From Protoeuglena noctilucae (Eukaryota), in the NCBI GenBank assembly GCA_958009085.1, contig OY253686.1, positions 806,001 to 870,000 of the forward strand: a stretch of DNA of 64,000 bases, in the 5' to 3' direction. Below, piece after piece: positions 13,622-26,689 of this stretch. The notes below the pieces were generated by a model. That model was given only the letters and a program-made list of their open reading frames with translations, did not search any database and was not told where the DNA came from. The position numbers and the translations under genes are program-made. The stretch's first letter is position 1. The number at the start of each line of letters is the position of its first letter.

Positions 13622-15259
13622 TCACCAGGGCAGGTCGGTGCCCGGCGTCACGCGGTCTGGGTCCTCGAGTGCCCACACGCCCAGGCCGAGTCCCTTGGAC
13701 CCCAGCGCCGCCACGAACCGCCCGGTCGTGTCGAGGGTCATGTCCGCCACCGGCTGCAGGATGTAAGGCACCGCCTCCTCTGCAGACACAAGCGCAGGGG
13801 CAGACCATTTATGAATGAGGACGTACAGCACCGCCTCCTCTGCGAAGGCGAGCAATGAGCCAGACCATCACTGGTTGGAATGAGTCCCTTCCAGTCCCAC
13901 TGATATCGATATGCTGCTCCTGGCGCAGCTCTGGCGGTAAGACCAAAAGCCTCCTCTCCCCTGTCTTCTGCAACTTGCTGTCTCTAGAACAACTCACCCG
14001 GGAACACGGCCCCCAACTCCTCGTACAGGTGCGCGTACTTGTCCTTGGTCATGTCTGTCTTGAGGAACCTGTGTCAGAAACAAGGAGCACTCTGACACGT
14101 CACACAACACGACATCTGCCTGTCCTGCACCGTCAGGGCAGGCCGAGGCCGCATGTCGACACCGGAATGAGGCAGCCTGCACTCCGTCTCATACCCAGAG
14201 TGAATAGCATACGCACCCGGGGTGGATCATCACAAGGGGAATGCCCTTGGGCTTCAAGTCCCACGCGAGGAGCTTCCCCCCCATGTTGGCCGCAGCCTTG
14301 GACATGTGGTGGCCGTAGTTGGCCCCGCCCTCCTTCTCCGTCCGCAGGCCGATGGAGCCGCCCTCGCTGGTAATGAAGCCGATCCGCGACCCAGACGACA
14401 CCAGGCCACTCTGCGAGCGTCATGCGTGATCGATGATAGATATGTCAGGAAGAGTAGGGTAGGTCACAAAAGCCCTATTCATAAGTGCTAGCCTGTGATG
14501 CCAGGCACCCGCCTGCAAGCACGAGTGACCCACTCCCCTCCCCTGTCTCATCGCACCTGAGCGAGGGCCGACACGATCTGGACAGGCGCAATGGCGCAGA
14601 TCTCGAACATCTTGCGCTCCTCGTCACGGTTGACCTCCAGCACGCCCTCCTGGGTGAAGTACCCCGCCACAATCATGAGCTGCGAGATGGGAGACGAGGA
14701 GAGGAGGTGGGTCCGCTGTAGCTGTTGGATGAGGTCAGCTGTCAGCAGCAGGCCGGGATGGGGGAAGAGAGCATGTTGATTATGGGTCAAAGTTGGTTGT
14801 TATGAGATGCCTAAGGTCCATGCCCATCTCTGCACATCCTGCGTAGGCCCCCACTCACCGTATCAATCTTGGTGATCCCCGCGTCGCGGAGGCCCTTGCA
14901 CAGCTTGTCGGCGACTTCGTGGTCGAGGAAGTCGATGCCGGAGACCGCAGCCTTGAGGCCCAGGCCAGCCAGGTCGGAGCTGGGCTGCTTGCGGCATGTC
15001 CCCACCACCGGGCACCCCGCCTCGTGCAGGCGCTTGGCCATCTCCAGGCCCAGGCCGCGGTCCGAGCCGAGGACCACCGTCGTGCCGAACGTCGACGGGT
15101 ACTTGGCTGCCTCCAGCAGGTAGTTTGCTGCGAGCCACGGGCAGGTGCGGGCGTCCAGGCAAGGCATCAACGTGGCTGTGAGCTGCTCGACAGCCGAGCC
15201 TCGGCGCCCTTACCCGGCGCACCCAGCTGCGTGGGCGGAATGGTGACGCGCGTGCTCAT
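13622..15259 (-). CDS. Short-chain dehydrogenase/reductase, CsgA/C-factor-like
   Basis: Six exons. Rossmann motif VVLGSDRGLG, ITSEGGSI, NYGHHMSKAAANM and IHPGFLKTDMT; ends DLPW-TGA. Confidence 0.88.
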
Positions 15260-15806
15260 CGCGGCAGGCCTGATGTCGCGCGCGATGCTCGGGAGAGCGA
15301 GTGGCCCGTGGAACGAAGTGTTTGGCAGGCCCCGGACGGCGAGGTGGCGGCGCGAGACCGTGCCGTTACGCCCAGAAAGGGTGGATCTGCGGAACGAGGC
15401 GATAAAGATTAGACGATGGCTCACGGTGGGAGGAATCGAGCCAGATGTTGGCGTACGGGGGCGAGTGTAGCCCAGGGGCCCCAGACCGCCCCGATGCGAC
15501 TGGCGGGTCGCTCTCTATATCTTTGACAGCAATATAAAAGCGTGATGTGTTCCAGAAAGGCATAATCTCGCACCTGGCGATGGAGGACACAATAGTCGAC
15601 ATCGGGTGGCCTCTCCACAGCAGCTTCGTCTCCTCGTTCGTTTCCTCTGTGCCTGTGACGCTGATCATAGCAGCCGCGGCCTTATGGCGAACAGATTTCA
15701 AGTCAGTCAGCTTGCGTCACGCGTCGTCACACTGTCAGAGACAGCAACAAGAACAACAGAGGGGAACAGAGGGTGGAAAGAACACACACTGCGCTGGCTG
15801 TCAACA

Positions 15807-17311
15807 TTACGCTACCAGTCTCCCGCCGACCGCTTGCAGGAACCGCGCCACCTGCTCGAACCCGTACTTCTCCGCCACCCCCCGCGCGGTGAGCCCGCGG
15901 CCGGTGGTGGCGTTGACGTCCGCGCCCGCCAGGACCAGCGCGCGCACGCACTCCAGGTCCCCCTCCCGCGCCGCGAGGTGCAGCGCCGTCCAGCCGTCGT
16001 CCGTCCGCACCCGCGCGTCGACGCCCCACCGCACAAGCCGCCGCACGAAGGCCGGCGACGCGTTGGCGGCTGCCATGTGGAGCGCCGTGACGCCCCGGGC
16101 GGTGCGGGCGCGGGGGTCGGCCCCCGCCGCGACCAGCACCTCCGCCACGGCGAGGTGGTCGCCCTCGGCCGCGGCCAGGAAGGGCGTCTCGCCCCTCTCC
16201 GCCTCCGCGCCCGGGTTGGCCCCCTTCGCCAGCAGCAGCTGCACCACCTCCAGGTGCCCCTGCTGTGCCGCCAGGATCAGCGGCGTCTCCCCGTCCTGCG
16301 TCTCGGCCTCGAGGGGCAACCCCGCCGCGCACAGCGCCCGCACCACGTCCGTGCGCCCCGCGTACGCCGCGTCGTGCAGGGCCGTGTGCATCTCGTAGTC
16401 CTCCCAGTCGACCGAGGCACCCGCGGCAAGCAAGACGTCCACGACCGCCAGGTGCCCGCCCCGGGCCGCTGTCTCCAGCGCCGACACGCCCCCGGGCCCC
16501 ACGGCATCGACGCGGGCCCCGCAACGCAAAAGGCACGCCACGGCGCCCAGGTCCCCGTCGCCCGCCGCGCGGATGAGGCACGCGTGGAAGGCGTCCGGCT
16601 TCAGAGCGGCGCGAAACCGACGCACCACGCCGTCGTGGCCCGCTCGGCACGCCAGGTAGAGCGGGGAGTGGCCGTCGCAGTTGTCCGCCACCGGGCTTGA
16701 TCGGAGCACCAGCAGGGCCTCCGCCACGTCCTCGTGGCCCAGGCGCGCCGCGAGATGGAGCGGCGTCTCGCCGAAGCGGTCGGGCGCCGGGCGGGTGCCG
16801 GAGCGAAGGAGCTGGCGGACGCGCGGCCCGTCCCCCGCCGCGCACGCCGCGTGCAGCTCACTCCAGCGGCAAAACCACTCGAGCCACTGCCACTGGCCCT
16901 TCTTCAGCGCCTCCTCGCGCGTACACGCCGGCGGAAGCGCCGCGACGGCTTTGAGGCCCAGCGCCGCGCCCACCGCGTCCGCCTGGGCCTTGATTTCCGT
17001 GCACACCGCGCGCGCGCGTAGGAGGTCGCACAGGGGCATGCGACAGAGGACCTCCCGCGAGACGGCCTGGAAGGCCTCGGCGACCTTTGGCGGGTGCGAA
17101 GGGGACAGGGCGGCTGCGGGGGCGGGAGATGTGGGAGACGCTCGTAAACCCTAACAGACGTGACAAAGGGCGCACTCGCCCAGCGAAACAGGCGGACAGC
17201 GCGCCTGCCAAACACGGTTCATGAAAGTGACTCACCCTGCGCGTGGAGGCTCAGGCTCCCGGGCACTTGGAGCGCGGGGGGCCGCGGAACAGCGGCGGTG
17301 GTGCCCGCCAT
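15807..17311 (-). CDS. Ankyrin-repeat protein with an F-box-like N-terminal segment
   Basis: Exon 17311-17236 plus a large exon ~17113-15807. About 10 ankyrin repeats (GETPLHLAA, GWTALHLAA). EVLCRMPLCDLLRARAVCTE resembles an F-box. Confidence 0.85.
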
Positions 17312-18204
17312 CCTTGTCGAGTCTGGTTCGAGGGATGCAGCCGCTGCGGAGATGGAGGAACAAACGAGGTTTCACATCCGCTGCCGTTGGCGGGCATCGC
17401 GCTTGCCGTTATCCGCTGTTGAGGGTTAGGGAACGCCACCAACGCCACGGGGGCCGGCCGGCCGCGAGCCAACCACGTCGGCGAACGCGGGTGCGATACA
17501 TCGATGCGATTGGTTGCAAACGCACTGCAGGAGGGCTGCCACGCAGGGGGAGCGAGCGACGGCGCGGCAACGGGCGATGGCCGGTCAGGTCACGCTCAAG
17601 GTCTCCGCGCGGACGACGCTCGACCCGCACACGCACAGGAGGCAAGGAATATATGCAAGAGAATCGACCCAGCCGATGAACGCTCGATCCCGTCGCGAGC
17701 ACGCTCGCCTTTTGACACCTGAAGGTGGGTACAGGTAAGCGGCGTGTCTGAGCTGGACAGAGCACGAGACGCCGTGTGCTTGGTCTGGCCGCTTCTTTCC
17801 TGCAAATGGTGTGAATGGTGGCGGGCAAGGGCGGGGCAGGGTGAGAAATAAGGCGCGGCCGACCGGTCAGACTGGGGGAGATGGGGAACACCCTACTTGC
17901 AGCTGCAGAAGAGAGAGGGGGAACGGTGCATTCCCATATCCATATTTGTACGGGAGTCACGCGTCCCGTCGTCCCCCGCACTCAGAACACGCTCACCTCG
18001 AGGGTTGCGCCGTGAAGCCGGCGCAAGGGCCGTCGTCTGAGGTGCGCTCGAGCGCAGACACACCGTTCCTTACCCTTCACACCCACATCAAGGTGCAGCT
18101 GTCGTCCCGGTGCCTTCCTGCGCGACCACCAGCAGCCTGGACATCCTTCGACTTCGTTTGCCCACAGAGGCACCGCGCGAGGCGGCGGCAATTCTCTCGC
18201 GAAG

Positions 18205-20821
18205 ATGATGACATCTCCAGCGGCCTGCTTAGCCGCGATGGCCTCGGCGTTACTCCTGGGCGCCTTACTGCCGATCGCACGCGGGCAGCCATCGGGCGGA
18301 TTCATTCGCGCGGTGGGGACCCGGTTCGCCGACCAGGACTGCAACGACTTCGTGTTCGCCGGCGCCAACCTCTGGGCGCTCATAGAAGCCACGGCGGGGC
18401 AAGCGGGCCTGCAGAGGGCAGGGAAAGCCGCTCCCAGGGTGCATGGCATGCTCACGGCTCCCGCTTTTCCAGCGCGCAGGGTCAGCTGGGCCGTCCCCAA
18501 CTCGGGACCATACCTCCAGAGCGGGTCGAGCGGCACTTCTGGGGAGCGCTACCTGGCCTGGGTGCTCGACACGGCCCGCAGCAACAACCTGACCGTGCTG
18601 CGCTTCTTCGGCCACGGCACCGAGCAGGACTTCCAGCTGCAGCCGCAGCCGGGGCAGTACAACGAGGTAGCCTTCACTGCGCTGGACAAGGCGAGTCCTG
18701 CAGGGCACGCTGTGTATCTCCTAGTAGGTGAGAACTTGAAGCCATGACCAGCACGCGCCCCTGCCGCCGCAGATCCTGTCCGAGGCCGGAAAGCGCGGCA
18801 TACGCCTGATCCTGACGCTGACGGACAACTGGAAGTACTATGATGGCAAGCAACAGTACGCCGCATGGGCAGGCCACGGCAGCAACCCGGACAGCTTCTG
18901 GACGGACGCCAAGGCGCGGCAGCTGTACAAGGACCACGTGCGTGCGATGCTGAACCGCGTGAACCGCTTCACGGGCGTGGCGTACAAGAACGACCCGACC
19001 ATTTTCGCCTTTGATCTGATCAACGAGCCTCGGGGGGACTACAGCAACGCCGCAGATGACATCGATCACTGGGTGAACGAGATGGCGACATATGCAAAGT
19101 CCATGGGCGCACGCCAGATGGTCACGGTGGGGGAGGAGGGCTTCTACGCCTATGGGGAGGTAAGGCAGAGAGGATGTGGGAGTGAATGGTACCTTTGAGA
19201 CCAGGGTATGTCGCATGTGCTCATTCACCCCAAGCGTGGCTGCAGGGTCGCGATGGCCTGGTGGGCGGCGCGTGGGCGCTCACGACGGGGCAGGACTTCA
19301 TTAGGAACCACTCGCACGACGCCATCGACTACGCGTCCATCCACGCCTGGTGATGATGGGCGTGATGTGGTTGCTACGAGGACGCGAGGGCATACACACG
19401 CACGCCCTCTGTCCCTTTGTAGCTGCCCTGGTCCCACCCTAGCCCCATGGGCCCTTATGCAGGCCTGAAAACTGGAACAAGCCCTACGTTTCCTTCCTGA
19501 TTGACTGGATCTCCCAGCACCAGGACGACGCGGCGAACAAGATCCGCAAGCCCCTGGTCGTCGAGGAGTTTGGCAAGACAGAGACCAGCAACACCGGTGA
19601 GAGACAGTGACACGTGTTGCGAGTGAGGAGGCGAGAGAACTGGTGGATGCGCAGGTCGGGCTGGATGACTTGCAATCCATTTTCCCCAGCGCTGTACAGC
19701 GCTGTACAGCGCAGCACAGCATGTGGCGCTTGACCCTCTCTCGCCCGCACATGCGCAGACGCAGGCCGCCGTAACGTGCGTGACCCCTTCATCGCCGCGG
19801 CCTACTCTGCGGTGCTATCCTCGGTTCAGAGCGGCGGCATCGTCCGGGGCAGCCTCGTGTGGGAATGGAACGGCTTTGAGGACCAGTACGGGGGCAGCTA
19901 CGGCATCCATACTCGGGACTCGACGTGGACGGACCACATCACACCCCACGCCCAGCAGGTCGCGTCGCAGCTGGCCAAGAGGGAGCGAGTGGCCGGCTGC
20001 ACGCCCGACATGACGTGAGACGGCCGTGCTGCCGTGCTGTGTTGTGACCATGTCGGTGTTAGCTGCGAGCGCCGCGACCGGCTTAGGGGCAGTCACTGTG
20101 TTCCTGCATCTCCCACTCAATCTGTAGCATGCGGATTGACCGTAGCACTGTAGCACAAATTGCTGTCGCTTTCTCTTACCATTCACCGCTGTGCTCCCTT
20201 GTTCCCATCCGCACCCCTCGCCCCACCCCGCAGCGCCAACCAGCTGTCCAAGCTGGTGTCGCCCAACGCCAGTGCTGTCCAGGCAGCCGAGGGGGACCTC
20301 CAGCGCTCGCAGGTGGCCGACGCCACTGCAGCCGTGCCCCCGACACCCGTCACCGACAGCATGCTCGCCCAGGTGAGACTGGCTTTCCTCTCTGCTGACT
20401 GCCTGGCCTTGCTGTGATCGACACAGCCAGCCTCACGCACCCTCGCTTACACCCCACATCTCATCCTTTGCAGGCCCAGGCGTCCGTGTGCACGGCCGTC
20501 ACCCAGCTGGGCCTGGGCGCCCTGTGGAAGTTCGGCATCATCCCTGGGAGCTTCCAGGGCCTTACCCCGACCGTCCCCGCTAGCCCCGGCCCCAATACCG
20601 CATCCCTGTCCTGCCACACCCTGTGCTGCCCTGCCACAAACCCCGTGCCTTCACCTGCACTCGTCAGTGCCAGTCCCAGTGGACAGTCCGTGGACCCATC
20701 GGCCCAGCAGAGGGCCCAGGAGCGAGAGGCAAAGGCCGCAGACGCAGCCCTCATGGCGAAGCTCCACAGCGAAGCGGGCGCAGGTAGCGCAGGCGCCAGC
20801 TCTGGCACGACAAACCCCTGA
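18205..20821 (+). CDS. Secreted glycoside hydrolase family 5 endo-beta-mannanase (GH5_7-like) with C-terminal extension
   Basis: Signal peptide. Motifs: FAGANLW, RLILTLTDNW, YKNDPTIFAFDLINEPR (acid/base Glu), VTVGEEGFY, GQDFIRNH..IDYASIHAW, KPLVVEEFGK (nucleophile Glu), GSLVWEW. Confidence 0.92.
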
Positions 20822-21322
20822 CACACTCGCAGAGGGGGGGGCGCGTGCGACGGGGCGCGGAGTGGGGTGATGTGACACGTCTTCAGCTGCGGCCAAGGTC
20901 TGCATGGAAGAGAATTGGGGAAACACTTTCTGGGTGCTGCGCTTGGGGGCTTTGCTTTTCAACCAGCCATGAGGCTGCAGTGGCGAAGTGAGGGGGTGCC
21001 CGCCCTCTCCCACACGCAGCCCTGCGCCTCAAAGCCTCAAAGCCCCGCGCATGCCATGTGAGGCGTGACATGAGAGCCTTAGAGTTTCAACGCAGCGAGC
21101 GCAGCGAAGCCTTGGCTGTGCGAGCATGAGAATCAAGTGAATGTGTGAAGAGGGATGCGATACTGGGACACCCAGCAAGTCAACATGACATTGGGACGCC
21201 TCTCTAAGCAATCGATACCACTAAGTATAAAAGAATGTGGAAGAATAAGCGATGGAACAGACCCTGGGACAGGATGTCACCCTGGCAGCCTCATGACATC
21301 GACATACATGCCACGCACATAA

Positions 21323-24300
21323 TCAGCACGGCAGCTCCATGACGTGGCTGGCCAGGCCGAGCCTCTGTCCCTGTGCGTCGTAGTGCAGTGCCCTGTTGCA
21401 CGCGTGGCACAGGTAGCAGGGGCTGGAGGGCGTGGAGGGGCTGCCAAAGACAACGACGTTGGCCGTGGACTGCGGGGGGGGATGCGGTGGGGGCACTGAG
21501 AGGGGGTCAATGCAGCAGAACTCAAGCAGGGGAGGGGGGGTGGTATTAAGGAGGGGGACTCAGTGCGGAGTGGATGAGGAGTGGGTCACAGAGCTGCACT
21601 CGTGCTCACACTCAACCGGCACATCTGGCAGCCTTGCAAGCAAGACCGCTGCTCTCTCACTCATTCGGCACATCTGGTGGCACCAGCACTCAGCTCTCGC
21701 TCTCTCACTCACCCGGCACGTCTGGCAGGCCATGGCGGGCTGCTTGGGCCTGCACACGACCTTGGGGTAGCTGGCTGCCCTCAGGTCGTCGTCGGCGTGG
21801 GGCAGCCGCACGTCCACCACCGCCATCACGTGCTCGCAGCACCCCGCGTGCACCAGCAGGTTGCCGGCCAGCGTTCCCAGGCAGCACCAGAGGTCTCGCA
21901 CGCGCGCCTGGTGCATGGGGATGACGACGAAGGTCTCCAGGCGGGGGGGGAGGGGCGCCAGGGGGGGGGGATTGGCGTCCGTGCTGGGGAGGGTAGAAAG
22001 GGGGTGCGGAGTGAGCAAGTCGTGTTGTGGTCACGGGAACTGCCAGCATGTGACATTGAGGAAGTAGCGTCACTGCTCGCCCAATCAAGGAAGGACACAA
22101 CCACTCACCCCCGCGCGATCCTCTGTTCCAACTCCTCCCCATCCCACCCATCCAGTTCCTCCCTCGTGTACTCCACGCCCCACGAATTCTGGAAGTGCCC
22201 CCCTGCTTCGACCAGAAATCCCTGCAGGCCCGTCCCACTGTCATCCTCCACGCCGGTCCCATCGTCACTCACACCCAGAAACACATGCGCCCACTCCGTA
22301 TCCAACTCCTGGTCATGTGCAGCCTCGCCCACCGCATCGCCGTTCCCAACCACGCCCGGCAAAGCAGACGGCCCTGCCTCGCCACCTGCCCCACCATTTC
22401 TCTCACCACCCCCCGCCGCCCCTGCCCCCCTATCGCTACTTAGCTGCCCAGGCATCACATGTGCACTCCCCGCCCCGGCCTGCACCCCGCCAATCCCATC
22501 AGCTGTGTCATGCGCGCCCGCCTGGCTGACGAAGGCGGGGTGCGTGCCCTGCGCTGCCTGCCACGCCTCGCCCAGGGCACGCGCGATGGGGTCTGAGGAT
22601 GGCCCGAGATCCGATTGTGGGGCGGGGCCAGCGGGTGGCTGAGGGGGAGAGAATGGGCCGTGGGCAAAGGGCAGCTGAGGAGGTGAGAATGGGCCGGAAA
22701 CAGAGGGTAGCCCAGAAGCAGGGGCCGGCCGAAAGGCGAAGGGTGGCTCGGGGGCTGAGGAAGGGCCGGGATGATCGGGCGGCTGAGTAGAGGGCAGTCC
22801 CCCCTCGGGCGTCACAGGCACGCGCCCCTGTGTCACACCACCCACCCCTATTGGCAACGAGACCATTGTCCCATCTCCACCCTCAGTCAAGACCGCCCCC
22901 ACGCCACCACTGCCACCCCACCCCACCCCACTTGTCCCAGCCCCACCCCCACCAGCCATCGTCACCGCTGGCCCGCCCTGCACCGCACCCTCTCCTCCCT
23001 GCCCCTCCTGCATGGCGTCGATGTGCTCCTGGGATGGCAGGGACCCGGCTGGGGTCTTCAGCCCGTGCTGGTGGCAGAAGGCGAGGATGGGGCTTATGTA
23101 GTCGGGGTGGTCGTCCCTGCAGATGGAAAGGCAAGAGACGCGTGTTGGTCAAGCGACGTCGATCACAGTAAAAAGGGAGGTTTGTGGAAGGTGCTTTGCA
23201 GCCTTGACGTGAATATGAGCACCCCTCACCTCCTGGTGTCTGGGTACAGGTGCTCATACACACAGTCAACACCCCCTCACCTCCTGGTGTCTGGGTACCT
23301 GTGTTGATACACCCACACCCACACAACGCCTATACACCCCCCCTCACCTCCTGGTGTCCGGGTAGAGGTGTCCGTTGGCGTACACGTACCCCCCGCTCAC
23401 GGCCCCCGCCACTCTCTCCAGGCTCCGGTGCACGGGGCAGGTGATTGCATCGAAGAGATCGGTGAGTGGCTGGCTGCTGGTGAGGAGGATCTCCTGCCTG
23501 GCTGAAAGGGCCAGGGAGCCGGGGCTGAAGACGGCGAAGCGGACCAGGACGTCGTTAGCAGGGATCTGTGGGGGAGGGAATGGGGTTGATATAAGATCAA
23601 AAGACGGCGAAGCGGACCAGGACGTCGTTAGCAGGGATCTGTGGGGGAGGGGGTGGGTTGAAATGATTTATATTAAATGACAGCGTGGCATGCGAACCAG
23701 GACATCGCCATCTGTGGGGATCTGTGGGAATGGGGAGAGAGTGAGAGGGAGTGCAGAGTGTGAGGGGGCGGAAAGAGATAAACATATGGATAAACAACCA
23801 CTCTGCACCCCATCACCCTCCCCAACACCACACAACCGCCCCACCCCACCCTCCACTCACCCTGTCCACCTCCCCCGCCCCCTCCTCCCCCTCTCCCACC
23901 GCCCCCCTCCGCCCCCTCCTCCTCCTCCTCTCTGCTTTTGCCTCTTTCGCCTCCCTCTCCCAATCCTCAGAGTCACTCGGCATGGGCACCCGGGGGCGCC
24001 TCTTGCGGGACCTCAACGGGACGGCCCTGGGGGGAGTGGGGGCCGGTGCCTGCAGGGAAGGGGAAGGAGACGTCGAGCGGCGTAGAGGACAGATGCTAAG
24101 CTATAGTTGTGCCATGAATATGAGCCAAACCACATCACTGGATTCTATCGCCCGCGCCTCTGACGCCACCACCACCCCCCTCACCCATCACAACCACCCC
24201 CCCCCACTCATCCCCACCACGGCCCCTCACCGTGGCATGTCCCACTCACCAGCACTGACCCTTACCACCACTGCCCCTACCCATCCCCACCCCCACCCTC

Positions 24301-25594
24301 ACCGTGGCATGCGCCGCATGCAGTGCACTCAGCTCCGGCCCCACGAGCGTCTCCCTCAGCCGCGAGGACTTGGGGTTCAGGGAGCGATGCATCTGACCGC
24401 CCTCCTCCAGCTGCTTGATGCTGCACAGAGGGGGAGGAGTGGGTGATGTGATGGGGTGCTGCGATGGATGTGCTGCGGGCACAGGTGCAGCACCGTCGAG
24501 CAAAGCACAGCAGCCGTAACAGCACATGAGGTGCAGGAGGTGGGACTGCAGAGCTTACTCGTACCTCATTGCTCAGCTCCCATGCGACTCGCATGTGTGC
24601 ATTCGTAACCCCTGCTGCTGCCTCACCTGCACAGCCAGCTCGCCGCCTCCTTCACCCTCTCCCTGTGCCGCCTCGTCACAGCCTCCTGACCCCCTTGCAC
24701 AGCAGGCGGGGGCTGGAGGGCCGGGAGCGGTGGCAGGGGTGGCAGGGGCGGCAGGAGCGGCAGAGGGGGCGCTTGGGAACCTGGATTGGGTGCTGTGATG
24801 GGCGGCAGGGTGAGTGCTTGAACCCCCGACTCAGGTGTCGCCCCTGGCCCGGGTGCAGAGACGGGGCCAGCAGCCGAGGGTGGCGCTGCGGTCAGGTCGC
24901 CTGGCGGAGGGAGCGGGAACAACTCCCGCAACGTCGCCAGGTCGGGCAGCGCAGCGGAGAGGGGCGGCAGGGAAGGCTCTGCATTGTCGTTCGCGCTGCC
25001 CCCACCATCGCCCCTGCCCCTGCCCCTGCGCCGGCCCCTGCCCCTGCTCCCTCGGGCAGCCTGTGAGGTCTGCTGAGCTGCGGTGAGGAGCTGCTCAGCG
25101 ACGGGGCCGAAGCGGAGATGCCGCACTGCGAGGGGAGACTGGGAGGTGCGTCCGTGCGCGTCCCACTTGTCGAGCTTGGGAACAATGTTACCGAGCTGAG
25201 AACTGAGCTCCCTAGCGCTGCGGAGCGCGAGCCCGTGACAATCCTCGCACCTTCGATGTCCGCGGGATCTTCCGGCGAAAGGCATTTCGCGGCGTCGTCG
25301 ATCTCGGCAAACAAAGTGTCCCGCAGCTCCGCCAACTCCCGCCTCGCGACGGCGACCGAGATGGGGCCCAGCACCGCCGTCGCCACGAGTGGAGCGGCAT
25401 TGACCGTGTACGCCGAGTGCTTTGCGGCACGCTGCACGGAGGGCGGAGGGCTCGCGATGAGTCGGCGGAGCACGGACGCAACCATACGCATATGATATGA
25501 TTTGGCGAAGGCGACTGGATGGCCGCGTCATGAAACCATCTACCACCCCATCGGCTTGACCCCCTCGCCCAACAGCGCTCGCCTCGAGGTCCAT
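21323..25594 (-). CDS. SNAPC3: snRNA-activating protein complex subunit 3 (SNAP50)
   Basis: SGYVYANGHLYPDTR, LLVHAGCCEH..DVRL.H.DD....YP, CQTC and terminal PCYLCHAC..LHYD..G zinc motifs; long low-complexity insertions; start tentative. Confidence 0.85.
23222..23730 (-). repeat. Duplicated donor (x3) and acceptor (x2-3) junction copies flanking one SNAPC3 exon
   Basis: CCCTCACCTCCTGGTGTC at ~23223, 23274 and 23341; GACGGCGAAGCGGACCAGGACGTCGTTAGCAGGGATCTGTGGGGGAGGG at ~23530 and 23603; a degenerate third copy at ~23695. Confidence 0.9.
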
Positions 25595-26016
25595 GGTGGC
25601 CCGTGAATGGAAAGCGTCCCACCGCGCAGGATTGCGGGCCCAGTGGGCCCGCCCGCGTCACAAACGCTGCTTGGAGACAACCATGGAGACAACCATGAGA
25701 TGACGGATCGTTCCGCGGGGCAAAGGCCTTCTAGACTCGCCGAGCAAGCACAGCGCGCATGGTTCGGAGAAATGGACGCCCTCCTTCGCGACAAACAAGC
25801 TTCTGGCCTCCCCTGACGCTGACCCCGGCAGAGCGTCAAAGCATGTTGTTCTGAGAATGCATGGACAGCGTATCGGCCTTCTTCCTTCGCCCGTCTGACG
25901 GACGGGGCCCGCCAGACTCTGAAACTCACTTCATTGTCGAAATCCAGCTCTTAGTCATCACCGCTGGAACACGGCACGTCTGCATCCGTCATTGATTGCC
26001 ATTTCTCCATCCAAGC

Positions 26017-26568
26017 ATGAGCGCTGCGGGGACAGCCCGTAGCTTTGTTGTTGCCTCGGGGCTCCGTGCTCGCGCCTCCGTTTCCCGGCGGACCGCCGCG
26101 GCCGCGTCATCGGTCGACCTCGATACCGCTCGGACGTGCCGCAGGTGAATAGGCCGCACTTTTGCTCCGCTTCGCGGGGGGAGCGAGTCTGGGCGACTCT
26201 ATCACATCGTACTCGCCCTGACGCTCCCAGGTGCAAGCAGCAGTACGTGGAGCGTCACAACCACTCTAAGGCCTGCAGATTTCACCCGGAGCTCTTCACG
26301 GGTGGGGAGGTGTCCAAATACGTGGGCTTTTTGAGGTGACGGGCGGGCCTCGCGGGCCTCGCGGGCCAATCGACGCGCAGCTGCGTCGATGAAGTGAGCG
26401 ATATGTCAATTATGCTTCGCTTCGCTGTGTTGCAGGAAGAGCGCGGACCCCGCGGACCAGCTGAGCCAGGTGCTCGGGACCGGGATTCGGCGTTTCTACG
26501 ACTGCTGCGGTGCGGACCACGAGGAAGCCCCCGGCTGCACTTTGGGGAAGCACGTGCCGTTCGATTGA
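26017..26568 (+). CDS. Small Cys/His-rich (putative Zn-binding) protein with probable plastid transit peptide
   Basis: Exons 26017-26144, 26231-26335, 26436-26568. Ser/Ala/Arg-rich N-terminus; CRRCK..N...CRFHP..DCCG..PGC..H motif. Confidence 0.8.
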
Positions 26569-26689
26569 TTGATCAAGGCCCTTCCAACGCTTCCATTCGC
26601 TGGAAGCTGCATGGGCCCGGGACGTGCGCGTCATGGGTTAGAAAGACCCAGCAAGGCGGCCTGCATAGTGGCTCGGACGCTCATCTCCC

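Noticed and set aside
17147..17431. AAACCCTAA and GGGTTAGGG telomere-like words
   Set aside because: Single isolated copies; insufficient for an interstitial telomere or telo-box call
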